This document shows, one piece after another, positions 13,901 to 23,398 of a DNA stretch of 53,533 nt. Below the pieces are notes generated by a model, which did no database searches, had not been told where the DNA came from, and was given only the letters and a program-made list of their open reading frames with translations. The DNA is from Catajapyx aquilonaris. Taxonomy: Eukaryota. The stretch lies in assembly GCA_000934665.2 (NCBI GenBank), contig KZ538768.1, positions 124,001 through 177,533 on the forward strand, in the 5' to 3' direction. Numbering within the stretch: position 1 is the stretch's first letter; every line of letters begins with the position of its first letter. The translations under genes and the position numbers were made by a program.

Positions 13901-16791
13901 GACCACAAATGATGCTTCTAGGATTGTGTGACAGCATATTTAGTTTGTGGAGGCAATGATGTAATAAAAACCAGAGGGAGGGGGAGGGTGTTGTCGAAGT
14001 ATGGCTAAGTATAACTAGAGGAGGAGGGGAGGGAGCTTCAAAAATGACAAAAATGTTACTATGAGGGCCGTACTGAAATGATTTACAATTTATTTTTTTG
14101 CCACAAAACCACCCAGTTATTTTGATGCTTGAGAGAGTGTCTGGTCTGCAAAATTGGGTCCAACCATTGACATTAGGAGCCCATGTGTCAAAATGGCTTG
14201 TTAACCATCAATAATTAAGGTCTGAAAATATTAGAAGCCAAAATTTTTACAGCTCGTAAAAGTAATTGTTCGCAAATGACATTCTAAGAAGCCACTTTTA
14301 CTGGGGAAAAATCACTAATTGAAACAGGCTCCTCAACCAGAACACATAGATTATTTCCGGTGATAGTGTAATCCTACTACTTCCTATAGGAAGAGGGTAA
14401 ATTGTAGCATGGTCAAAACTGGCCATTAATCGGGCAAATGTGCAAAGCCTCAGCCAAGATATTTAACTTTGAACTGCAAGAATCCTATAAGTCATGATTA
14501 ATGAAGGATGGCTTGGGAAAAAGAAGCTGCAGAGTACCTGGTATCCTGTCATGTTATCAGAGGTATGCCTTGCATTGTCAGTCACTTTCAGTGACCTCAC
14601 TGTCTAATAGTATAGGAAAATTGTGGCAGAAATTTGTTACTGTATCTTTCTCTAAATAACATCAAATTTGCTTTTAATTAGTACATCTTCTCCCCCCAAA
14701 GGCCTTATGTACAGCCCACCGGGGTAAAGAAAATAAAAAAAAATAAAAAAATAAAAATTAGTACATCTTAAAGCAAGTGTTAGAACATTGTTGCTGTTGT
14801 TAGTGCCTTGATGTGGCAGATATTTAATACAAATGGAACTGTATATTTCCCCATTTGTGTTTTCCAGGAGCAGGCAACTATGCTGATACGCCTTGTTAAT
14901 TCAAGTGGTGAGAGTGCATCAGATATGCTGGTTAAGAAGAATCTTGCCCGTACAGTCCCAAAGATTCAGTCTCCCAAGAAAGAACCAGTTTTATCCACAC
15001 CTAAACAGTCTTCTTGCACTGACCTAGCTAGCTGCATCTCTCAGTTGGAACTTTCTGCTCCCAAGACAGAGATGGTACCTGCCACACCTTTCATCTTATT
15101 TCCTAACCCAGCAAGCTATCTCTCAAAAGTGTCTCGTGGTGAGAAATTACAGTTGATGGTATGTGATACTCCCACAGGGAAGTCCTGTATTATGACTGTA
15201 AGTCCACCCGAAATTGTGAGAATGATGCGCACAATACATCATGATGCCGAAACATTACCTAGATGCCAACCGTCACCTGGAGATGTGGTGCTTGCGAAGC
15301 CCATGGAATGTGGCTGGTTTCGGGCTTATGTTGTGTCCTCAGAAAATGACAACTTCAGCGTGATAGACATTGACCATTGGAAGAGGGTGGAAGTGAAATA
15401 CGTGGTAAATATGCCTGAGCTATACCGGAAGATTCCTGGACTAGCTGTTCTATGCCACCTGGATGAGGAGGCCCCATGGATGAAGCCTGGGACAATCTTA
15501 GGGAAAATAACAGACACTGATTGCCCTGATGGAACTGTCAAGTGCACTTTGTCCCATGGTGACATGAAAGTGAGAGGCACCCTGGTTCCTTGGACTCAGA
15601 TGATTACTTCCATGGAGGAATTGCCAACCAAGAGTAGGTCTTCCCTGGATGGAGCTACTGTGAAACTAACTTGGTTTGAAGACTGCAACAAAGTCTACCT
15701 GGTCAAGAAGGATGAATTGGCAGATCTTGTCTGCAAGCTCACCAGAGTTATTGAAGAAGGTAAGCATGCACTTTTTCAAACATGTCCTTGGCTCTCTTTA
15801 GGGCTGTTGCATTCGCTACTACTTTATGCGAAGCTGGTTATTCGGCATTAATATCCATAAAAACATCATCGACTCTGTTGAGAAAGAGCCCAGGTTTAAA
15901 TAGATGTCAGTTGTACCCATTGTACACAATGTTGACCATATGTCAGGGGTGGCCAAAATTACTTAACGGAAGAGCCAAATGCGATAAGCTTCAGACACTG
16001 CAGAGCCGCAAGACACGAACAAATGTTACAAAATTACATACATTTTTATTGTTCCATGCATGGGCAATATCTGAAATTACTTACCGAAGCAGTGGTGGCG
16101 GAGGGGATATGGTATCCGACTGCTAATCGGGAGGTCCTGGGTTCGAATCTCGGTGCCGGCAACTCTAACCGTGGTTTTCTGTGGTTTCCCACGGTTCCTC
16201 CAGGAGAATTTCGGAGTGGTTTCCTAAACTAATAGGCCACAGCCGCCTCCTTCCTTTCCTATCCTATCCCAAAAAGGGCAGTAAAAAATGAAATGAAGAG
16301 TTTCAGTCAAAAAAAGATATATCCCCCCTAAAGAGCCGCCGGCTGATAACGGGGTATGAATTATTAATTATTATCTGAAATTACTTTCTAGGGGGGCCCG
16401 ATGTGGCAAAGTTTGAGAACCGCTGATGTAGGGTCTATATCTCCTAATAAAATTGTGCAATCAGAGTTAAACATGCAGGTTGTAGAATGATGCTGCTATT
16501 TAGTGAGAGCTTATCACTGTAGGTCGACAACTTCTGTCTTATGTGAAGAATGTACTGACTGACTATGGCTGACCCTGGATGCAATGCAAACTTTTCAATT
16601 GCGTAACTTTCATTAGGCCCTTTCTTAGTGCATTTGTGTCACTGACAATGGTATCATGGTTATTTTAAAAATAATTTGTAGAATGGAGTAACACCTCTCT
16701 AGACAGGGTCACTGGATAAGGTTGTATGCATCCATCATCTCCTAATAGTTAAGACTTTTAAGTACCCTGAAACATCACAATTGTTTTCATT

Positions 16792-16844
<53 letters not shown>

Positions 16845-19375
16845 TATCATCATCATCATCATTTCATCATCATCATCTTCTTCCATAGCAAAAGGGAAGG
16901 CTGCCTTGCTGGAGTTACCAAGAGTGAATGATTTGGTTGCCTGCAAGTTAGAGAAGTCCTACTATCGTGCTCTTGTAACAAGTACCTTTCCTGGGAGAAG
17001 AGAGGTGGAAGTGAGGCTTGTGGACACTGGTAGTAAAGTTACTACCCTGGTGGACACTCTGGCCAGGTTGGACAAAGCATTCCAAGACCTTCCATATCTA
17101 GCAGAACTGGCCCACCTTCATAATGTCCCAGCTTCACTGAACAAGAAAGACGATGTTTTCCATAAGTGCCTGGAAAAAACAGTGACATGTGTGGTTCGAA
17201 GCTATGAGCCCCTTACTGTTGAGCTGTACAGTCCCAAGGGGAAGTGTGTCAATGAGCTTCTGTGCAAGGCTGTCCTTCCAGTAGCTGCATGCCAGGTAAC
17301 ATTTCAAGTTTTATACTCGGGGAAACACTACTAAACTTCAAAAGCGGGATATTTGGAGACAATTACATTTTTGTGTTTGGTGACTTGCATGAGGATGACT
17401 CAAAGAATTACCTAAAACCTGTGATGTTGTGGATAGGAAAAAAGAGAGGAGGAAGTGTCATCCAATGCCAATGATGTTTTAAAAAAAGGTAAAACTCACA
17501 TTCTTGTGATCAGTATCACGCCTTACATAATTTTTTTCAGAGCTAATCCTGCTTGCCGAAAAAATTTCAAATGCCAGTAAAATTTGAATTTACAGTAGCA
17601 TATTTACACATGAATTGCAGGTGAAATTGACATAGACGCCCATATAAATAGCAGAATCTCGAAGTTCTGCAATAATTTTCTGCAGTGGTCATTAATCTGC
17701 TAGGAAAAATAATCTAACAAAATGCCGTATTTTTGAATTGATGCCATCGAGTCGACAATTTTTGACCTGTTGGCGGTATTTTGAATTTGCAAGTAGATTG
17801 CATAACCACAGAGTAGTGCTTCTGGAACTCTTTCTGTGTCAACCTCAAGCATTTAGGACAAAATTTAACTCAGCAGTGATTAAGTCATTATTTTATTGAT
17901 CGTTTTTGTAGAGGGTGGAGAAGCGATAAACCGTCGTCTGTATTACAATAATTACACATCGTTGGTTAGTTTGAAGGAAAATTGACCAAGGACGATCGCA
18001 ACTGAACCATGCTTTAAATTAATTATGAAGCTCTGAATAGGGAGAGGTAAATTAAAAGTGGGTCATCGATTGTCATGACTAATTTGGAGGATTTGCCTGT
18101 AGTGGTCATAATGTGATGAGCTATGCAAAGATCTCTCTCACCCGTAATGTTTCATGTTACCCCTCCAGTTTCATTCACCACCAAAATAATTTTCCTCGCC
18201 CTTGGGTGAACCATTCACTACTCTACGTTAAGGATAAAAAACAAACTCCTCAGTTGTTTGCTTGTGCTGGCCTTGTTCTTGCAAGATATTAATTTCCAGA
18301 TTTTGTACATGCACAGATTTTATTTACCATGAGCTAAAGGGTTCAACTAATTGCCGGAGCATACAGTTTGCCAAGACCCAAAAGCAAGGAAGTCAGCATC
18401 ACGGAAATGGTCCAGATATGTGTCAATGGTCAGCCTACCCCCAAGTGTCCAGACCATTTTCGTGCCATTAATAGTACCTCTAGAAAGTTCAACTGATGCT
18501 GCATAATGAATAGGTCTTGCTCATTTTTAAAGAACAGGTGACACTCTTGTCTCCTGAGCATTAAGCCTACTCCAGAAAGGAGTGAGTGAAATGTCACATG
18601 ATCGGTGGTTATGGAGGGATTACAAACTACAGATATCCACTGGATTTGATTCGCGCCTAATCCACTTTGTGTCAATTGCCCAGTCCCATATACTACTCTG
18701 CCAGGGGTTGCACCATTTCATTTGGAGTGATGCTGCTTCTGTGTACAAGCCTTAACTTCTTCCCACTTTCATTGTTGGATTGTGGACTTGGGCAGCGCAC
18801 CGCCCCATTTAGTTGGTAACTGCAAAATATTAATTTCATTATTTACTATTTAATTGCAGGAAAGTGTGTTGTCTCAGTTGGTGGTGGAAGAAGTGGTAAG
18901 CCTCATTGTGAGGGAGCCCCTGGGCAATCTGGCAGGCTTGGCAACTGTGAACACTTCGAAAAATGAGATTGTGTCACTCTCGACCATCACATCAGTTGCT
19001 CGCAGGTCACCCCGTTGCGAACCATTACCTGGTGAAATAGCACTTGTCAGGTCAGCCAGCGAGGCTTGTTGGATGCGGGCTTATGTCAAGGAGGTAATGG
19101 GTGATGCAAAGATTAAAGTGATTGGAATAGACTGCTGCGTAGAAGAAGAGGTGGAGGAGGCAGTCAAAATGCCAGAGGGGTACAAAGACATACCAGCCCT
19201 TGGAGTAAGGTGTGACTTGGAAGAGGAGGGCATCCCGTTAGAAGATATGATCACAGCCACTGTAGTCCAGACGAGGGACGCTGATGGAAAAGTTAAATGC
19301 CTCGCTGGCAAGCAAGTGCTAATTCTAAGTCCATGGACTGGTGTGATGAGTGATCCTGAAATGGTGTCTTTTTAG
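1430..19375 (+). CDS. RRM + multi-Tudor protein, gene 1 (TDRD/Vreteno-like piRNA-pathway-type scaffold); 5' end lies upstream of the window
   Basis: Phase-consistent GT-AG exons: 1430-1939, 2550-2686, 4117-4177, 7995-8279, 8351-8424, 8635-8698, 9681-9949, 10515-11127, 14868-15759, 16889-17295, 18860-19375(TAG); 3828 nt, open. Tudor motifs (WCRAKV..YVDYGN, WFRAYV, YYRALV..LVDTG, WMRAYV) and RNP2 motifs (LYIRGLP, LYITNIP). Architecture eTudor-RRM-RRM-eTudor x4. Confidence 0.75.
2550..2686 (+). CDS. gene 1 exon E: C-terminal end of eTudor
   Basis: cacttccag/gtactg; ALVDFYDYDKGKSASDLLFENGFA; paralogous exon at 32192-32325. Confidence 0.8.
2790..3285. mobile_element. piggyBac-like non-autonomous element
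   Basis: TTAA|CCCTTTGA...TCAAAGGG|TCAA; empty site visible in the local duplicate near 3779. Confidence 0.6.
3816..3928 (-). mobile_element. Fragment of Helitron-like element 5' end
   Basis: Matches 53259-53437 (cccattgcgcatgctcggaacgggggccaat...gcattttaatattataga). Confidence 0.6.
4117..4177 (+). CDS. gene 1 exon F: RRM1 RNP2 strand
   Basis: ttccag/gtaagt, phase 2 to 0; SPTDKETALYIRGLPSTKTI. Confidence 0.75.
4185..4624. mobile_element. MITE with TA TSD, interrupted by a SINE
   Basis: TIR atg(g)tayggaaaa..gagaacgatctgacgtcatc; absent at the paralogous site 34771-34785. Confidence 0.75.
4198..4480 (+). mobile_element. tRNA-derived SINE, family 1
   Basis: tRNA-like head (gactgctaatc, B-box-like), (att)n tail, 15-bp TSD taatgtatrgaaaat. 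Confidence 0.9.
5120..5408 (-). mobile_element. tRNA-derived SINE, family 2
   Basis: Minus strand ggggatgcagagtggcgctgcgg..ggttcgatccc (A/B boxes), A-rich tail; body resembles 33758-34100. Confidence 0.7.
5634..6225. mobile_element. Tc1/mariner (pogo-like) MITE
   Basis: TA|CAGTAAAACTTCTATA...TATAGAAGTTTTACTG|TA; subterminal tataactcgaa repeats. Confidence 0.85.
6400..6592. mobile_element. Partial pogo-like MITE
   Basis: Ends atatcgaggttttactg|ta; same family as 30805-30980. Confidence 0.65.
7250..7873. mobile_element. Foldback/MITE with ~265-bp diverged inverted arms
   Basis: aaaggacatgggttaactccttatg... / ...cataaggagttaacccttgtccttt. Confidence 0.8.
7995..8279 (+). CDS. gene 1 exon G: RRM1 body
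   Basis: ttccag/gtgact; EEVSALF..WFIAAF..AQKAMEKLHGF..PLTVTF. Confidence 0.8.
8351..8424 (+). CDS. gene 1 exon H: linker
   Basis: Follows a 71-nt intron; needed to restore phase 2 for the next exon; same 74-nt length in paralog 35667-35740. Confidence 0.65.
8635..8698 (+). CDS. gene 1 exon I: RRM2 RNP2 strand
   Basis: ttttcag/gtaagt; FDVTTDYKALYITNIPKHFNE. Confidence 0.75.
9681..9949 (+). CDS. gene 1 exon: RRM2 body
   Basis: acttccag/gtcagt; WCIAGF..AARTVLRKLKGH..LHVEFK. Confidence 0.75.
10515..11127 (+). CDS. gene 1 exon: extended Tudor
   Basis: ttgcag/gtgaga; VSYVASPWEIWL..EEWHRFWV..LPEEFENVPPLAIRCRL. Confidence 0.8.
12790..12863 (+). pseudogene. tRNA-Met(CAT)-like sequence in left foldback arm
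   Basis: A box TGGCTCAGTCGG, CAT in the anticodon loop, B box GTTCAAGTCC, T8 downstream; anticodon stem mispaired. Confidence 0.65.
13374..13447 (-). pseudogene. tRNA-Met(CAT)-like sequence in right foldback arm
   Basis: Mirror copy of 12790-12863. Confidence 0.65.
14868..15759 (+). CDS. gene 1 exon: Tudor end + Tudor + start of next Tudor
   Basis: ttccag/gtaagc; GESASDML, PSPGDVVLAK..GWFRAYV. Confidence 0.8.
16083..16371 (+). mobile_element. tRNA-derived SINE, family 1
   Basis: A box gtggcggagggg, B box ggttcgaatc, perfect 15-bp TSD tatctgaaattactt (16068-16082, 16372-16386). Confidence 0.92.
16788..16877. repeat. (CAT)n microsatellite
   Basis: ~30 units, imperfect. Confidence 0.95.
16889..17295 (+). 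CDS. gene 1 exon: Tudor core
   Basis: ccatag/gtaaca, phase 1 to 0; PRVNDLVAC..YYRALV..VRLVDTG. Confidence 0.8.
18860..19375 (+). CDS. gene 1 terminal coding exon: Tudor
   Basis: ttgcag acceptor; PLPGEIALV..WMRAYV; TAG at 19373-19375; AATAAA at 19682. Confidence 0.75.
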   Translation, partial: ESVLSQLVVEEVVSLIVREPLGNLAGLATVNTSKNEIVSLSTITSVARRSPRCEPLPGEIALVRSASEACWMRAYVKEVMGDAKIKVIGIDCCVEEEVEEAVKMPEGYKDIPALGVRCDLEEEGIPLEDMITATVVQTRDADGKVKCLAGKQVLILSPWTGVMSDPEMVSF

Positions 19376-20589
19376 AGTACAGTGCAGGGGGTGGAAAGTT
19401 TCAGGGTGAAGTGACGGGTTTGATTATAACAATGGACTCTTTTCACAAAAAATAATAGCAACAACAATCCTTACATTTATAAGGATTGTTGTTGCTATTA
19501 TTGTTTGTGTGCAAGGGTATCCTGAGGGCTGAAGATCTGGAGTTACACCTTGCATTAACATTTTTTAGTTTCAGATTTAGCCATTGTGTACTTCAGTGGA
19601 ACTTTTTTTCTATGGGAGTGTATAGCTCCTAACCCAGAACACTCTTAGCCCCCAAAAATGTTAGAGGGAAGCAAGCAGGGCAATAAAACTCCTGCCATTT
19701 TATTTATTTTTGTTGGAGACTTATGATCACAACAGGAATCTACATCTTGTGTGCAGAAAATGGCTGGAGGTGATTAACCCATCAATGCTGAATAGTCTTG
19801 TACAAATCTGGGGGAAACAGTTACCTTTGACCCCAATGACCATCTCTGCTCCAGCCCCCCTGGTGATTCAGAAGTGTAGGATAGTGTTGCTAAGAGATTT
19901 ATTTGGAAAGCTGCGAAATTTCAAGCAGGACATGTTAACTCATTCGTGACCAGCCCACATGACATGAAATTTATTGTTGACGCGTCTACACATGCAATAC
20001 TTGGTGCTAAATGATGCTCATGTGTGAGAGTATCAAAGTCTTCAATTTTACAGGTGAGCTATTAATCAAGAAATACTGAACGTGTATTTTTGCTTTATCT
20101 TTATTGACGAACTGAGTGAAGAAATAGAGACTTTGAATACTGCTTTGTACAGTCTATATGTGCATCAAGTAGAGCCGTGTAAATTTGTGTGTAAAATTTG
20201 TGATGGAAGTACTATATTGATTTGTATTTGAGATATCAATTGCACCTTAGTCAGATATGAACGGGGTTATTCAAGACCATGTAGGTCAGATCAATATTGT
20301 ACCACATAATGTAGGTATTACCTTATGATATTTTGTGAACATGAGAGAAGTGCAGGAGAAGAATTTTCTCAACTTGAAACAATGTTACAAATTGAGGGCT
20401 CAGATTATTATAGATAGTCAGTTGCAAGGCTGCGTGCTACGTATACAGCCAACCCCTTTCCACCCTTCATTTTCAATTTGTTGTGGTTCCAGGAATCACA
20501 TGGAGTTCTGAAGATCTGCTGGTTTTGGTGCAACTTGTATGTAATATTTTATCTTGCATTACAAGGCCCATTGTTAAAGGTACTAGAGG

Positions 20590-21000
20590 GTGTCATTGAA
20601 TCGACCAGTCAGACCTGTACCTGTGGCTTAATTGTCACCAGAGGATCATGTTATGTAGAGGAGTTATGTCTGGGCAGCCTCATTACTGAGATAATTGATC
20701 ATTTGCGATTTAGCGATTGGGCCTAAGAGTGATTGTCAAATAGCAGTGACAAGTGTGACTTCGGACTTCCCTATTGAATGTCAGGCATACTAGTAGCCAA
20801 ATGGAAAAGCTGATATTTTGACTGGTGATGCGATTTAGGGGCTGAAGGTTTCCATACCTCCCAGGATACTTTGTACTTGTCTTTGAAGGCAATTATGTCA
20901 GTAATGAGGCTGCCCAGACATAATGACTCCTCTACACAACATGATCCTCTAGTGACAATTCAGCCATGGGTACAGGTCTGACTGGTTGATTCAATGACAC
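20590..21000. mobile_element. MITE-like element with ~105-bp inverted arms
   Basis: gtgtcattgaatcgaccagtcagacctgtac... / ...gtacaggtctgactggttgattcaatgacac. Confidence 0.75.
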
Positions 21001-22949
21001 TTTTGCATTTGGCTTCAATGCAAAATCGTCTTAATCTTGTTGAGCAATATAGTACCAGCATTAGACCCTGAAGATATCAGCTTGGAAGCTATTTACAAAG
21101 GGCCCCCTCCTAGACATTATCCTGTATGCACACCTAGGGCAGATGACATGGGCTAGAGTTGACAGGAGAAAAAACAGGTGCAAAAATTACTCGAAATGCT
21201 TGGTTAATTCAAGTGTACTTACTCCCAAGAACACTGATGAGACACTGCCCCACTGCTGGACCAATGGGCTTCATGGTGAGCATGTGACATTGCTTACTCA
21301 GAGGAATTCTTTGTTGGCAGTAGTGGAAATTTTATGGCATGTGTATTGGATGTCTGGTCCAGCAGGGGAACTGATGTCTCGGTGATCGTGGGAGTGAGGA
21401 CACTTGAATAAATAATTTCTCAAGTCATTTCTTCTTCTTTCCCCCTCTGTCTCATGTCAGCTGCCCTTATGGCAGTTGGGCCTGATGCGTACTGTCTGGG
21501 GATCCCTTGGGAAATATCATCTGGTTTTCCTACCATTTGGATATGAACCAAATTTAAAACATGACAGGTGAGGCTTGCCCCAATTTTTCGCATGCTTTTA
21601 ACAGGACTTATTCTTAACCATGTTTGTGCGTTCAGTTGACTGGCCATTTCATTTGGGTGACCCCTGCAGGATATACTGTAGTCTTAACATAAAACCAAGT
21701 CTTGCCCAGTTATATGACTGATGCATCATGGGGGGGAAATACTATCATTACAAATTTTACACACATTCTTGCAAGATTTTAGGATTAGGTGACCTTATAA
21801 TTACAGGGTCACATTCTCTCAGGCTATGCATAAAGAAAAATAATATAAGACTGAGTTTGTGTGGAGTGGAGGGAGAAGGCTCATGGATGCTGTTGTGTTG
21901 ATTTTTATAACAATGCTGGTATGTGATCTATTTTCATCATGTTTAATATCACACTTTGACTTTTGACATCTACCAACTGGTGAGTTAAGATTTTTATATC
22001 CTTTTACGTTACAAAATAACAACATGCCAATAGTGGTGAGATTGGCCTGTAAAAGTCCTACTCTGCGATGTTAAAACTTTTCTGTTTTCAGTAATTATTT
22101 TGAAAAGTGACAGCCTACACAGAAACTGTCTTTCAATTGGCACCCTTCTGTTATCTGGGATGTCACTTGGAGGCTGGACTGTTGCATGGTTATGTTATGT
22201 TGAATAAATTAAAATGAGTTCTCATTAGATACTATTGCATGTGGCCATGCTAAAGTTGGTTTATGCCTTGTTATGGTTGGCTCTTACTCTGCCATCTTGA
22301 GCCCCACCAGTGTCAAATCTTCATTAGCAGATGAGTGTTAATCAAACCAATTGGATATGACTATTATAAATATTTATAAAAATGTTTTCAAATAAATTCT
22401 TCGTGTCACTTGTTGTAAGTGACATGAAGAATTTATTTGAAAACATTATTAATTGTTTCCTTAGTTTGCGCTCTGTACGTGACTATTTTTCTTTCGCCTT
22501 TTTGCAATAGTAAATCACGAACTTGGAACTGAACAGCTACTGAACGATTGCAGAACAAGGCAAATGTGATAATGATAATCAGGCATGAAAGAATCCAACT
22601 TGGTGACACCCTTAGACAATACCTTTGTCTAAGGTGATACCTTTTTGTCGCTGGTTTTTGGCTAACTTTTTGCCCAGACTTTCATGGGGCCTTCAGCAAC
22701 AGTTTTTGAGCGAACCATTTACATTATGATGATAGATGTTTTCCATTTCTGTAATGCGGGTACAAATAAAGTCGTACCAAGAATCACAGATGTTATTTGG
22801 TATGAATGTGGTTTATAATGATGTGGGGTTTTTATTATTGCCAAACAATGCGAGTACTTGCAGAGCAATATTCCAAAGGATATGCCAGGGGCCAAGGCAG
22901 CACTAATGTCGATGGAAAGTAATTTGGGGGATGTTAGATACCGCATTAT

Positions 22950-23398
22950 TTAATTCGAAATATTCGAATTTCGCGCCTTTTTCCCACCCTCCCCTTTCCT
23001 CCCTCCTTCCCACTTCCCAGTTCCCCTCCTTCCCCTTGCATCTTCTAAAATGGCGTCCATTCCTTCAGAAGGCTCGTTTTTCTTTCCTCCTTCCATCTGA
23101 TCGTCCTTCTCCCGCCCGTCGAACCTGCGTTTAATCCAGGTAGGTTGGCCCATGGGCAATCCCCGACACCCTGGCCGCCTTGAAGGGGCCAATCGACCTT
23201 CCCTTGCACCCGGATCGAGTCGGATTGAAGCCGGACACGTCGATCCGTCCTCTCCTTCCATGTTCCACACATATGGCCCCATTTTCATTGCAATAACGTT
23301 CTTTCTTCAGGTGAGCCAGCCCTCTGTTGCAGCAGTGTTTGGTACCGTGGTTTGGTCAGCCATAGAGTTGTTGAAGAAGCCAGGGGAGCATGGAAAGG
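22950..23398 (+). promoter_or_regulatory. Probable promoter and 5' exons of gene 2
   Basis: CpG-rich patch; YY1/Pho-like AAAATGGCG 23047-23055; donor cag|gtaggt at 23139/40, acceptor ttcttcag at 23310, donor AGG|gttagt at 23398/99. Confidence 0.55.

Noticed and set aside
16758..16946. Poly-Met ORF (and poly-Ile/Leu ORFs at 33552-33947)
   Set aside because: Translations of (CAT)n and (AAT)n microsatellites
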